A stretch of DNA of 63,066 bases, the filler included. It is 8 parts of 8 records of this genome, joined end to end, with 100 filler letters (N's around TTAATTAATTAA, not from the genome) between each part and the next. Parts side by side here need not be neighbours in the genome. Positions count along the whole stretch, not along the records: positions 1 to 7,000 come from SRR31156797_41970; positions 7,101 to 18,317 come from SRR31156797_41978; 6 more parts are not named here. One strand, 5' to 3'. The notes beneath the pieces are model-generated. The model saw only the letters and a program-made list of their open reading frames with translations, made no database searches and was not told the origin of the DNA. Both the position numbers and the translations under genes were made by a program. Numbering within the stretch: position 1 is the stretch's first letter; every line of letters begins with the position of its first letter. This document shows positions 1-9,289 of the stretch, piece after piece.

Positions 1-738
1 TATGCTTTGAGCAGCTTCAATTGCCTCCATCACCTTATCACTGGCAAGCATGCTACGGATTGTGAATTCTTTTGAGCAAAGCATGAAATTATCAACCGAA
101 GATTTTCGGATAAGTTTTTTCATGATATCCTGACCTGCAGTATTTATATCTTTCACCGTACCAGGGTTGCTTAGAACTGATCTTGTGGAAAGCTCTCCGA
201 GAACAACACAATAAACCTCGTTCTCCTGTGAGGGGATCTGGTCAATTAAAGCTATAGATGGGGCACCGGGTGTTTTTCTGATAGTAATGCCTCCATGTGC
301 CTGTCCGGTGGCATCCCCCAGTCCGCTGCCATTGCTGACCTCTGCCACATGTGCAATGTCATTGAGCAGGTTTGCGGAGTGACCAAGCGAGAGGGCATGG
401 TTCAAGGCATATGCTGTCCCGAGGGCTCCGGCCCCGGATGCCCCAAATCCACATCCTATTGGTATCTCTGATATGCTTTCAACCTTTGCCGGAAGTTCTG
501 TCATCGATTCAACAACTGCCTGACTGGTATCTCCAGAAACTTTCTTTCCATTAAGATATATCTCTGTAGTTTTTATCTCTTCAGTGACCGTCACGGTAGT
601 GCGAACTCCTCTGTCAAGCACCACCCCACATCCGGTAGAGCCTTTTTTCATGGGATCTTTGTGGTCATGTATCTGAAAAAAACCTGTAATATGAGCTGGC
701 GCAAAAGCCGTGGCTGTTAAGGTATTCTTCTGTGGCAT
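1..738 (-). CDS. Archaeal pantoate kinase (GHMP family), 3' end runs off the window
   Basis: Not in the ORF track; translated manually from ATG at 738: MPQKNTLTATAFAPAHITGFFQIH..KGSTGCG, GHMP loop PIGCGFGASGAG, AHVAEVSNGSGLGD; directly follows coaBC. Confidence 0.9.
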   Translation of the reverse strand, partial: MPQKNTLTATAFAPAHITGFFQIHDHKDPMKKGSTGCGVVLDRGVRTTVTVTEEIKTTEIYLNGKKVSGDTSQAVVESMTELPAKVESISEIPIGCGFGASGAGALGTAYALNHALSLGHSANLLNDIAHVAEVSNGSGLGDATGQAHGGITIRKTPGAPSIALIDQIPSQENEVYCVVLGELSTRSVLSNPGTVKDINTAGQDIMKKLIRKSSVDNFMLCSKEFTIRSMLASDKVMEAIEAAQSI

Positions 739-1983
739 CTATTCTTCGTCCTTGGTGCTCAACAGTGTTGTTATCTCATTCATAAGCACATTTGCAATCA
801 GACTTTTGGAACCTTCAATGTTAAGATTCTCTTTCTCACCTGAGTATAGTATAGTAACATTGTTGTTGTCCGTGCCAATGCCACCCTGACTGACTTCATT
901 GGCCACTATCATATCAAGTCCGGAATCTGCAAGTGTCTGTTTTGCCCTTTTTAGCAGTTCTTCAGTGCCGACTCCGGCCTCTGCCTTAAAACCTACGATT
1001 TTTGCCTGCGGATGGGCCTGTCTGGCCTCTTTAATAAGCTTGCGCGTGGACCGGAATGAGAGTTCAAGCCCATCCCCGGACTTAATCTTCTGCTCGTTTG
1101 CATTAATAGTATAATCAGCAATTGCAGCAGAACTTATGAGAACATCATAATCCTTTGCCATCTCACCAAGCACTGCATCGGTCATCTGTGCTGCTGTTTC
1201 GACATGAATTTCGTTTATTCCTGAAACCCCAAGCCTGTTCCTATGGACTAGTGTAACTTCAGCACCCCTGCGATATGCTTCCAGTGCCAGTTCGTTCCCG
1301 GTCTTCCCTGATGCCCTGTTGGTAAGGATGCGTATGGGGTCAATTGGCTCTGCAGTGGAACCGCTGGTAATGAGTATCTTCTTTCCGCAAAGCGTTCTTT
1401 TTCCGATCGTCCTTTCAACTTCCAGGACAATGTCATAATTTCCAGCTATTTTGGCAATTCCTTCCTCGGTCCTCGGCCCGACAAAGCTGATTCCCCAGCC
1501 CTTGATCTTTTCAATGTTCTCCATAACAGCAGGATGATCATACATATCCTCATGCATTGCAGGCATTACCACCACTGGTTTTCCTGCGCCGATGGCTGTG
1601 GTCGCAAAGGTTGTCACAGGTGTGTCGTCTATCCCTGCTGCGATCTTCCCTATGGTGTTAGCTGTTGCAGGTGCTATAAGCAACAGGTCCGCTCTGCCAA
1701 GATTGCCAAAGAACTCCACATGCTCCACTTTTCCTGTAATGGCTGTGATCACTTCATTTCCTGTAGCGTAATGCAGAGCCATTGGATTGATTATCCAGCC
1801 TGCGGCCTCACTCATGACTGCATAGACCTCAGCTCCCCTGCGGATGAACTCACGGGCAAGTTCTACTGTCCTTACAGCAGCGATGCTGCCTGTGACTGCA
1901 AGTACGATGGTCTTGCCTTTCAGTGAGTCTGATCTTGTGGACTGTATCCAGAGAGTGGGGTGTTCGTTTGGAGTTTGGGGCAT
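739..1983 (-). CDS. coaBC: Bifunctional phosphopantothenoylcysteine decarboxylase/phosphopantothenate-cysteine ligase
   Basis: VTGSIAA, IAPATANTIGKIAAGIDD, PAMH, EPIDPIRILTNRASGKTG, SAAIADY, VGFKAE motifs. Confidence 0.96.
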   Translation of the reverse strand: MPQTPNEHPTLWIQSTRSDSLKGKTIVLAVTGSIAAVRTVELAREFIRRGAEVYAVMSEAAGWIINPMALHYATGNEVITAITGKVEHVEFFGNLGRADLLLIAPATANTIGKIAAGIDDTPVTTFATTAIGAGKPVVVMPAMHEDMYDHPAVMENIEKIKGWGISFVGPRTEEGIAKIAGNYDIVLEVERTIGKRTLCGKKILITSGSTAEPIDPIRILTNRASGKTGNELALEAYRRGAEVTLVHRNRLGVSGINEIHVETAAQMTDAVLGEMAKDYDVLISSAAIADYTINANEQKIKSGDGLELSFRSTRKLIKEARQAHPQAKIVGFKAEAGVGTEELLKRAKQTLADSGLDMIVANEVSQGGIGTDNNNVTILYSGEKENLNIEGSKSLIANVLMNEITTLLSTKDEE

Positions 1984-2121
1984 GTTATGTCCTTTATTTG
2001 TCTATAAGTGGATTAGTGGATTTTTAGTATTTAAAAGGAGAAGGTAAACTCAGGTTGGATAGTCTTTCACCTGAGACGGTACACTCTATTGTTTCTTGTG
2101 CCTGATACGCTTTAATTCATT

Positions 2122-2799
2122 TCAGGAGAGTTTTGCCCTTGCTGATTCCAGAGCGGTTTTACCTGCTATCTTTTCTGCAAACCTGTCTGCAAGCATCTCC
2201 AGTTCATTTTCGGACCGGTTCTTAGTAAAGCTCATTAGTGCCAGTTGTCTAAGTAGTGGGGTCCTGTTATTGTAACGAAGATGCCATACTTCATGTGCAA
2301 GAATGGCTTTTAGTTCCGTTTCGTCAACCAGCTCCAGCATTCCAAGGGATAGGAAAATAGCCTTTCCGGAAGCAAATGCCCTGGGTACTGCGGAATCAAA
2401 ATAATACACATCGGACTTTGTTCCAAGACCATTGACAAAGTCCTGAGGCCAGTCCATAATGTCTGTTATTGGCCTGGCATCATATCTTTTGATTAGTACC
2501 TTATAATATACTCTTGGAAGGAGAAGGATGATTGCAGTGGACAGTGTCACATAGCCCAGATATATTTCAATACTTAACATCTGGCTGCACTGCATTGCAT
2601 ATACGATTGCTGCGATAGCAGAAATAATTAACAACTGGCCTGCCACAAAGGATGAAAGTCTTGTCACTGGCTTACTTGTCTTGAAATATATGCTGAACAT
2701 CAACAAGGCCAGAATTACAGTGATGCCTATAAATGGGAGAAGAGTGGACTCATTAATGCAGGCGATATAGCATTCCATTTCATCCTGTATGGAGAACAT
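2122..2799 (-). CDS. Membrane Zn-metallopeptidase, M48/M56 (BlaR1-like, no penicillin-sensor domain)
   Basis: Three N-terminal TM segments, PRAF, ELKAILAHEVWH (HExxH), E-x-x-A-D (EMLAD); directly downstream of the BlaI-family gene. Confidence 0.82.
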   Translation of the reverse strand: MFSIQDEMECYIACINESTLLPFIGITVILALLMFSIYFKTSKPVTRLSSFVAGQLLIISAIAAIVYAMQCSQMLSIEIYLGYVTLSTAIILLLPRVYYKVLIKRYDARPITDIMDWPQDFVNGLGTKSDVYYFDSAVPRAFASGKAIFLSLGMLELVDETELKAILAHEVWHLRYNNRTPLLRQLALMSFTKNRSENELEMLADRFAEKIAGKTALESARAKLS

Positions 2800-2818
2800 G
2801 TTTCGTATCCTGAAAAAT

Positions 2819-3178
2819 TCACTTCTTGTTATGATATGTATGGAAATTCTCTATCGCTACTTTTCCAAAAGTGTCCACAAGACTGTCAAGTACCTTTTTT
2901 GTGATGGTGTTTGCAGTATTGTCCATGGAATCGGATGCAGAATAGAGGTATCTGACCTTTTTTCCGCCCTTATCAAGTTCCCGTGTCGCAAAGCCGGCTT
3001 TAACGAGTCTGTCCAGAGTACCAGCTACGCTGGACAATGGAATATCGGTTTTTTCAGTTATCTCAGGGGTTGTCAGCTCTTCATTTTCCCATAGAACCTG
3101 CATTATCTGTGATTCAATGGGGCTGAAAAATTTAGTTAACCCTTCATTGGAGAGGTTTATTCTGTCCAATTTTACCAT
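2819..3178 (-). CDS. BlaI/MecI/CopY family transcriptional repressor
   Basis: SPIESQIMQVLW..LTTPEI..SSVAGTLDRLVKAGF..YLYSA winged-helix signature, 119 aa. Confidence 0.88.
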   Translation of the reverse strand: MVKLDRINLSNEGLTKFFSPIESQIMQVLWENEELTTPEITEKTDIPLSSVAGTLDRLVKAGFATRELDKGGKKVRYLYSASDSMDNTANTITKKVLDSLVDTFGKVAIENFHTYHNKK

Positions 3179-3180
3179 GG

Positions 3181-3280
3181 CTTTACAACTGCTGTAAAGT
3201 CATATAAATCTTATGTTTCTCCATTTTGTGTTACTTTACATCTGGCGTAAAGCTTATTTACGTTTACACCTGTTGTAAAC
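3181..3280. promoter_or_regulatory. Three palindromic operators TTTACA-N5-YGTAAA in the divergent promoter region
   Basis: CTTTACAactgcTGTAAAG (3181-3199), CTTTACAtctggCGTAAAG (3234-3252), GTTTACAcctgtTGTAAAC (3262-3280); TACA/TGTA half-sites are typical of BlaI/MecI/CopY; candidate minus-strand TATA box TTTATATG at 3208-3201. Confidence 0.75.
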
Positions 3281-3371
3281 AAAGTTGCTTTACATTTAGT
3301 GAATAACAGTGTGTCGCCATTTTTCAATGACGAAATACAAAAAAACAGAAATAAATATTGAGGATAACAAG

Positions 3372-4547
3372 ATGCATTTACACTCTTTTGTATTAAAAGA
3401 CGTATTCCGCAGGAAAACAAAACTTATAGTGGCTGTGCTTGGTGTTGTCGTTGCTGCTGCTGCAATAGTGGCTGTTATAACCACATTCTCCGCAGCAACG
3501 GAAGGCTTCCATGAAGCTTCGAATAAATTCGGTGCAAACATAATGGTCCGCCCGGAGATAGAATCCATACCTCTGGTAGATGGATACACTTCCATGGGCT
3601 CTCTCTATACAGGAAACAACTACATCGAAGAATCAGATATCTCAAAGATATACACTATCGAGGATAATGCAAGCCTGTCAGTTGTAGCACCAAAGCTCTA
3701 CGGTGTTGCAAAACTTGGTGAATCTTCTGTTGTTGTGATGGGTGTTGACCCTGAGCAGGAGAGAAATCTCAAACCCTGGTGGAATATCCAGGGTCAATGG
3801 ATATCAGCAGAGGACACTGAACAGGTGGAAGTAATGGTTGGTTCGGATATTTCTACTGCACTCGGACTGAAAGAAGGTTCAATGCTAACACTTTCAAACG
3901 GCAATATCACAATCGATGCCCAGATCTCAGGTGTGATAGAGAGCACCGGAGATAATGAGGACAGCTACATTATACTCCCGCTTGCCGCCTCCCAATACCT
4001 GCTTTCTAAAGAAGGAAAAGTCAGCAGTCTGGAAGTACGTGCATTGTGTACTGCCTGTCCGGTAGAGGAAATGAGCCAGCAGATAGAAGGCGTTCTTCCG
4101 GGAATGGAAGCACGGGCAATGAGCCAGATAGTGCAAAATGAGATGGCAATTATTAATCATACAAAGTCCTCAGCTATGGCAGTTTCAATTATCACGCTGC
4201 TTGTAAGCACCCTTACTGTTGCTTCCACGATGCTTGCTTCCATCAACGAGAAAATGAAAGAAATTGGTATCATGCGTGCTATCGGTGCCAGTGACCTTCA
4301 GGTAGTTTCAATGCTCTTCTTTGAAGGTGCACTGATAGGAGCTGTGGGAGGTGTCATTGGTTTCTTTGTCGGTACGCTGGCTTCGTTTGTTGCAGCCCCT
4401 ATGCTGGTCTCAGAAATTCCGGAGCCGATGTGGAATATTCTTCTTCCTGTTGTCGGCATTTGTATCCTCACAGGAATGCTTGCTTCCCTCGTTCCTGCAA
4501 AAAGGGCTCTGGGTATCGATCCTGCGGAGGTGTTGAGAAGTGTCTAA
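3372..4547 (+). CDS. ABC transporter permease, MacB/FtsX family, with an extracytoplasmic CxxC
   Basis: Start re-assigned to ATG 3372 (MHLHSFVLKDVFRRK, GAGG upstream); N-terminal TM, large loop containing CTAC, EIGIMRAIGA, three C-terminal TMs. Confidence 0.88.
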   Translation: MHLHSFVLKDVFRRKTKLIVAVLGVVVAAAAIVAVITTFSAATEGFHEASNKFGANIMVRPEIESIPLVDGYTSMGSLYTGNNYIEESDISKIYTIEDNASLSVVAPKLYGVAKLGESSVVVMGVDPEQERNLKPWWNIQGQWISAEDTEQVEVMVGSDISTALGLKEGSMLTLSNGNITIDAQISGVIESTGDNEDSYIILPLAASQYLLSKEGKVSSLEVRALCTACPVEEMSQQIEGVLPGMEARAMSQIVQNEMAIINHTKSSAMAVSIITLLVSTLTVASTMLASINEKMKEIGIMRAIGASDLQVVSMLFFEGALIGAVGGVIGFFVGTLASFVAAPMLVSEIPEPMWNILLPVVGICILTGMLASLVPAKRALGIDPAEVLRSV

Positions 4548-5235
4548 TGATAAAACTAAGAATGGTAACAACCAGGGTAAGGATATGATCAGGGTCACGG
4601 ATGTGACTAAGAACTATAGTATAGGTTCCGGTGAAGTGGAGGTCCTACATGGTATAAACCTCTCCATCAAAAAAGGTGAATTTGTTTCCATTATGGGCCA
4701 ATCCGGCTCAGGAAAGACCACTCTGATGAACCTCATCGGAATGCTGGACAGTCCCACAGGTGGAAGTATCAATATAAACGGTACTGAGATCACAGGTCGT
4801 TCCCAGAAAGAACTTGTTCATATGAGGCGAAAGACAGCGGGTTTCATTTTCCAGCAGTTCCACCTCATTCCTTCACTGACAGCTTATGAAAATGTAGCCC
4901 TGCCGCTGGTATTTGCTGGTGAGAAGGATAATGGTGAAGTAGCAAAAGCAATGGAGAAAGTAGGTTTGCATCACAGGATGCATCACAGGCCATCTGAACT
5001 AAGTGGTGGTGAACAGCAGCGTGTGGCAATTGCAAGAGCTGTTGTCATGCAACCCCAGATCCTGCTTGCAGATGAGCCTACAGGTGCCCTGGATGCAATT
5101 ACCGGTGCTAAAATAATGTCCCTGCTGGAATCCCTTGCAGGTGAGATGACAGTAATCATGGTTACGCACAACCGGGAACTTGCTGATCATTCAGATAGAA
5201 TTATCGAATTACAGGATGGTTACGTGAAGAAATAG
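4540..5235 (+). CDS. ABC transporter ATP-binding protein (LolD/MacB type)
   Basis: [36 protein letters not shown]; start is GTG 4540 or ATG 4585. Confidence 0.95.
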   Translation: MSNDKTKNGNNQGKDMIRVTDVTKNYSIGSGEVEVLHGINLSIKKGEFVSIMGQSGSGKTTLMNLIGMLDSPTGGSININGTEITGRSQKELVHMRRKTAGFIFQQFHLIPSLTAYENVALPLVFAGEKDNGEVAKAMEKVGLHHRMHHRPSELSGGEQQRVAIARAVVMQPQILLADEPTGALDAITGAKIMSLLESLAGEMTVIMVTHNRELADHSDRIIELQDGYVKK

Positions 5236-5274
5236 AGTTTAGAAGCATTTTAAAATGATATCAGGAGTAATAAT

Positions 5275-5769
5275 ATGAATAGAAAATTGGTCTTTGTTTC
5301 TTTGTTAACAATAATAGTATCCCTTTCAGTGTTGGGATGCGTTGGTTCCAGCGATTCTGCATCTGCAGGCCCGTCTGAATCTGTAGTAGGGACATGGATA
5401 GAATCAAAGGTAAGCGGAGATACTGTATCCATACCTGTAAGTTCAGTCGAACACTATACCAATGTCCATTCAAACGTGAATACTGAACTTGGCGAAGTTG
5501 CTATTATGGCTTACATACTGAATGACGAGATCATCATCAGGTCCAATGTATGCCCACCATGCCGTTCAATAGGATTCACTCTGGAGGAGGACATTCTTGT
5601 TTGTGATTCATGTGGTACGGTTTTTGATGCGCCCACAGGTAATGGTATCAGTGGAGGCTGTGTTGCCTATCCTAAGGAGAGTATTCCATACACAATATCA
5701 GACGGGAATATTGTCATGAAACTGGATGATGTTGTGACTGCACACAAGAAGACTGAGGAGATATATTGA
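5275..5769 (+). CDS. Predicted membrane-anchored Cys-rich (Fe-S/metal-binding) lipoprotein, DUF2318-like
   Basis: Lipobox-like SVLGC; CPPC..GF..LVCDSCG..F..GGC pattern; co-operonic with an FtsX-type ABC transporter. Confidence 0.72.
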   Translation: MNRKLVFVSLLTIIVSLSVLGCVGSSDSASAGPSESVVGTWIESKVSGDTVSIPVSSVEHYTNVHSNVNTELGEVAIMAYILNDEIIIRSNVCPPCRSIGFTLEEDILVCDSCGTVFDAPTGNGISGGCVAYPKESIPYTISDGNIVMKLDDVVTAHKKTEEIY

Positions 5770-6022
5770 ACATCTCCTGCGTTTTAATCTTTGATGAATG
5801 AGGCTTCTTTGCCTTATTCTCTATTTTTTATTTCTGATTAGTTTTCAATAAAAATGATCGCTGTCTTGAAGAGACAATTCTTTCTTCATTTAAAAAGCAA
5901 AGCTTTTATCCTATAAATATAATTTTAAATTTATCTAATTTGATGTTGTTTATTCAATATGATGCAGAGTGTTTCTCGCAGGAACAGAAAACAACAAAAA
6001 ATTAAGCTAAAGTGGTGACCTC

Positions 6023-6814
6023 ATGAAAACAAAAACCATTCTTGTAATGATCATTTTATTACTCGTTCTTGGTGCCGGATGTATTGGCTCCGATTCAAGG
6101 AATGCAGAAAAGTTCTATGCTACGGCAATGGACTACTACAATAACGGGCAGTACGAGCTTGCGCTGGAATCATGTGACAGTGCTCTTGATCTCAAGCCTG
6201 AACATGCGGATGCATGGTACCTGAAAAGTATGTGCTATTATCATCTGGGTGAGTATGATGAAGGTCTGAGTTCTGTCGATAAGGCTCTTGATCTCAAGCC
6301 TGATCATATGGATGCGTGGGAGATGAGGGGAACTTATTGTGCTATATATGAAGACTATGACGGAGCACTTGATGCAGCCGATAAAGTACTGGAGTCATAT
6401 CCGGAAAACGCTGATGCGTGGGTTTTGAGGAGTATGAGCTATTATGATCATGGTGACTATGCTGAATCTCTGAGCTCTGTCGATAAGGCTTTGGAATACG
6501 ATCCTGAAAATAGCACTGCATGGACTTTGAAAGGAAATCTGCATGAATCACTGGATCAGCCAGAGGAAGCTATCAATGCATTCGACAAAGCTATTGAACT
6601 GAACCCTGATGATGTCGAAGCCCTGACAATGAAAGGAGTAGTTTATGAATCCACGGGACAATACGATAAAGCTCTCGAAGCTTATGAAAAGGTTCTGGAA
6701 ATAAACCCTGAATCAATTGAGGTTCTGAAACTCGAAGGAAACATCCTTGAAGAGTTGAACAGGACTGAAGAAGCAGAAGAATGCTATGTTAAGGCTGAAG
6801 AATTATTAGGTTGA
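6023..6814 (+). CDS. TPR-repeat lipoprotein
   Basis: LGAGC lipobox; about six 34-aa repeats (AW..KG..Y..A....DKALEL.P). Confidence 0.9.
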   Translation: MKTKTILVMIILLLVLGAGCIGSDSRNAEKFYATAMDYYNNGQYELALESCDSALDLKPEHADAWYLKSMCYYHLGEYDEGLSSVDKALDLKPDHMDAWEMRGTYCAIYEDYDGALDAADKVLESYPENADAWVLRSMSYYDHGDYAESLSSVDKALEYDPENSTAWTLKGNLHESLDQPEEAINAFDKAIELNPDDVEALTMKGVVYESTGQYDKALEAYEKVLEINPESIEVLKLEGNILEELNRTEEAEECYVKAEELLG

Positions 6815-7000
6815 AAACTATTTTCCAGGCATTGGCTCTTCAGTAAAAAGTAGAAATTACGGCTCTGTAGAAATACCCATTTGAATGGCTCATGCAATCC
6901 TGACGTACCAGTCATGATTGCAGCCTATCAATTTTATGGAAAATATTGTGCTTTTTTATTATCGTTATGCAGAAAAAGAGTTGAAAGCAGCAGATTATTT

Positions 7001-7100
7001 NNNNNNNNNNNNNNNNNNNNNNNNNNNNNNNNNNNNNNNNNNNNTTAATTAATTAANNNNNNNNNNNNNNNNNNNNNNNNNNNNNNNNNNNNNNNNNNNN
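7001..7100. other. Artificial contig spacer
   Basis: N44-TTAATTAATTAA-N44, stops in all six frames; composition changes across it. Confidence 0.98.
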
Positions 7101-7928
7101 TTGGGAACGGAGGTGACGGTTGTGGAGCTGACGGACCAGATCATCCCCCCCGCCGATCCGGACCTGGTCAAACCCCTTGCCAGGATGTACAAGAAAAAAC
7201 TGAAAGCCGTACTCACATCCGTATCCGTAAGCTCCGCCGAGGCGAAGGATGAAGGCATCCTGATCAGCTTCGAGGGCGGCAAGGCTCCCGGGCCGACCCT
7301 CTTCGACAGGGTACTGGTCAGCGTGGGCCGGCGTCCCAACAGCGCCGGCATCGGCCTGGAGGAGCTGGGGCTAAGCGCCGACGAGAAGGGCTTTATCCCC
7401 GTGAACGAGAAAAGGCAGACAGAGATGGACCACATCTATGCCATCGGCGATGTGACGGGACAGCCCATGCTGGCCCACAAGGCGGTGCAGGAAGGGAAGG
7501 TCGCCGCAGAGGTGATAGCCGGTCAGCCCTCCGAGTTCTCCCCCGCCGCCATTCCCTCGGTCTGTTATACCGATCCCGAGATCGCCTGGACCGGACTGAG
7601 CGAGAAGGAGGCGGCGGAGAAGGGCATCCCCTACGAGAAGGGAGTCTTCCCCTGGAGCGCCAGCGGACGATCCCTGAGCAACGGCAGAAGCGAGGGATGC
7701 ACCAAGGTCGTCTACGACCCCGAGTCCAAACGCATCCTGGGCGCCGGCATATGCGGCACCAACGCGGGCGAGCTGATCGCCGAAGGCAACCTGGCCGTGG
7801 AGATGGGAGCGGATCTGGAGGACCTCTCCCTCACCATCCATGCCCACCCCACCCTCTCGGAGACCCTGGCCCTGGCCGCGGAGATGGCGGAAGGAACCAT
7901 AACGGACCTGATGCCTCCGAAAAAGTAG
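7101..7928 (+). CDS. lpdA: Dihydrolipoamide dehydrogenase, 5'-truncated
   Basis: VGRRPN, IYAIGDVTGQPMLAHKA, YTDPEIAW, C-terminal HAHPTLSE. Confidence 0.93.
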   Translation: MGTEVTVVELTDQIIPPADPDLVKPLARMYKKKLKAVLTSVSVSSAEAKDEGILISFEGGKAPGPTLFDRVLVSVGRRPNSAGIGLEELGLSADEKGFIPVNEKRQTEMDHIYAIGDVTGQPMLAHKAVQEGKVAAEVIAGQPSEFSPAAIPSVCYTDPEIAWTGLSEKEAAEKGIPYEKGVFPWSASGRSLSNGRSEGCTKVVYDPESKRILGAGICGTNAGELIAEGNLAVEMGADLEDLSLTIHAHPTLSETLALAAEMAEGTITDLMPPKK

Positions 7929-7958
7929 CCCCCCTACAGCCCCGGAAGAGGAGCAAAC

Positions 7959-7990
7959 AAAAAAAGAGTCCTGTCAGGGACTCTTTTTTT
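7959..7990. terminator. Bidirectional intrinsic terminator
   Basis: AAAAAAAGAGTCC-tgtcag-GGACTCTTTTTTT between convergent lpdA and the PfkB kinase gene. Confidence 0.85.
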
Positions 7991-8013
7991 GCACCATCGA
8001 TAGATACGGCGGA

Positions 8014-8955
8014 TCAGGGCAGATCGAACGCGGGGCTGCTCATCTCCGCCCTGGTGGGAGGATTGGCCCCCGAACGGTGGCAGTTGATCCCCGCCGCTTT
8101 GTTGGCGAAGGCCCCCAGTTCCTCCAGGGCCCCCCTGTCCAGGGCGGCCACGGCCTCCCGGCTGAAGATATCCCGATCATGGAGAAAGGTCAGCAGGGCC
8201 CCGTGAAAGGTGTCCCCCGCCCCGATGGTATCGGCCACCGGGAGATCGTAAAGGGGAGACACGACCTGCTCTTTTCTGGTGATAAGACGGGCCCCCGCCT
8301 TCCCTTCTGTCAGGGCGACCAGGGCGATCCCCTTCTCCAGGAGACCGGCCACGGCCTGGTCATGGGAGAGATCGGGGTAGAGCCATTCCAGATCCTCATC
8401 GCTCAGCTTGATAAGGGTGCAGAAACGGCAGATCCTCTCAAAGCGCTCCATAAAAACCTTCCTGTCGGGGACGAGGGAGGGACGGATATTTGGGTCGAAG
8501 GAGAGGAAAAGCTTCGATGCCTTCTCTTCGAGGAAGCTGCTGATCAGGGTTCCGCAGGGCTCCAGAGAGAAGGAGATGGAACCGAAGTGGATCATCCTGG
8601 CCTCTTCGGGCAGGGTGACCGAGGCGAAGTCCTCCTCCGTCCAGAACCGGTCGGCCGTGCCGTTGGCGAAGAAGGCGTAGCGGGCCTGGCCGTCGCTCTG
8701 CTTCTTGACGAAAGAAAGGGTGGTGGCGTCGTCGGTGCGAATCAAGAGCTCCGTCCCCACTCCGTTCTCTTCCAGATAGGAGCTCAGCTGCTCTCCGAAC
8801 AGATCCCGACTCATCCTGCCCAGAAAGCGGCAGGGCACGCCCATGCGGGCGACGGCCACCGAGGTGTTGAAGGGCGATCCCCCGGGGAAACCGGAAAAAT
8901 CCAGATCCTTCTGACTGATAAAGTCGATCAGCGCTTCTCCCAGACTGATAACCAT
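8014..8955 (-). CDS. PfkB-family carbohydrate kinase (fructokinase-like)
   Basis: Start re-assigned to ATG 8955 after AAGGAG; GEALID, PGGSPFN, FDPNIRP, KLSDED, DTIGAGDTF. Confidence 0.9.
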   Translation of the reverse strand: MVISLGEALIDFISQKDLDFSGFPGGSPFNTSVAVARMGVPCRFLGRMSRDLFGEQLSSYLEENGVGTELLIRTDDATTLSFVKKQSDGQARYAFFANGTADRFWTEEDFASVTLPEEARMIHFGSISFSLEPCGTLISSFLEEKASKLFLSFDPNIRPSLVPDRKVFMERFERICRFCTLIKLSDEDLEWLYPDLSHDQAVAGLLEKGIALVALTEGKAGARLITRKEQVVSPLYDLPVADTIGAGDTFHGALLTFLHDRDIFSREAVAALDRGALEELGAFANKAAGINCHRSGANPPTRAEMSSPAFDLP

Positions 8956-9289
8956 ATGTTTACTCCTTCTTGTTTCCAGGACTCCGTCAGAGCCCTTGCT
9001 ATTGGTTTGGATAGGGCCCAACGGCCTTTATACCTCCGGGGCTCCAGCTGAGCTCCGGATCTTTGCTTGGATTAGGCCTGAGGGCCATTCTTTAATTTTA
9101 ATCCCATTAAATAGTCATATAGGCGGAAAGATCAACTCATCTGGAGGAGAAGATTGAGATCTCCTTCTCAATCGATGCCGCCTTCAGCGGGACTCTCCTC
9201 TATAAGGAAATCGGATACCGGGCCTGTCTCCCCGCGCGGGGCTGGAGCTTATTCAAAAGAAACCGGGTGCCATGCCCATTCCCTTCGGA

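Noticed and set aside
6182-6321. Direct DNA repeats GCTCTTGATCTCAAGCCTGA 102 bp apart
   Set aside because: Explained by 34-aa TPR periodicity.
7045-7056. Recurrent TTAATTAATTAA palindrome as a biological repeat
   Set aside because: Always centred in N-runs of identical length; it is an artificial six-frame-stop linker.
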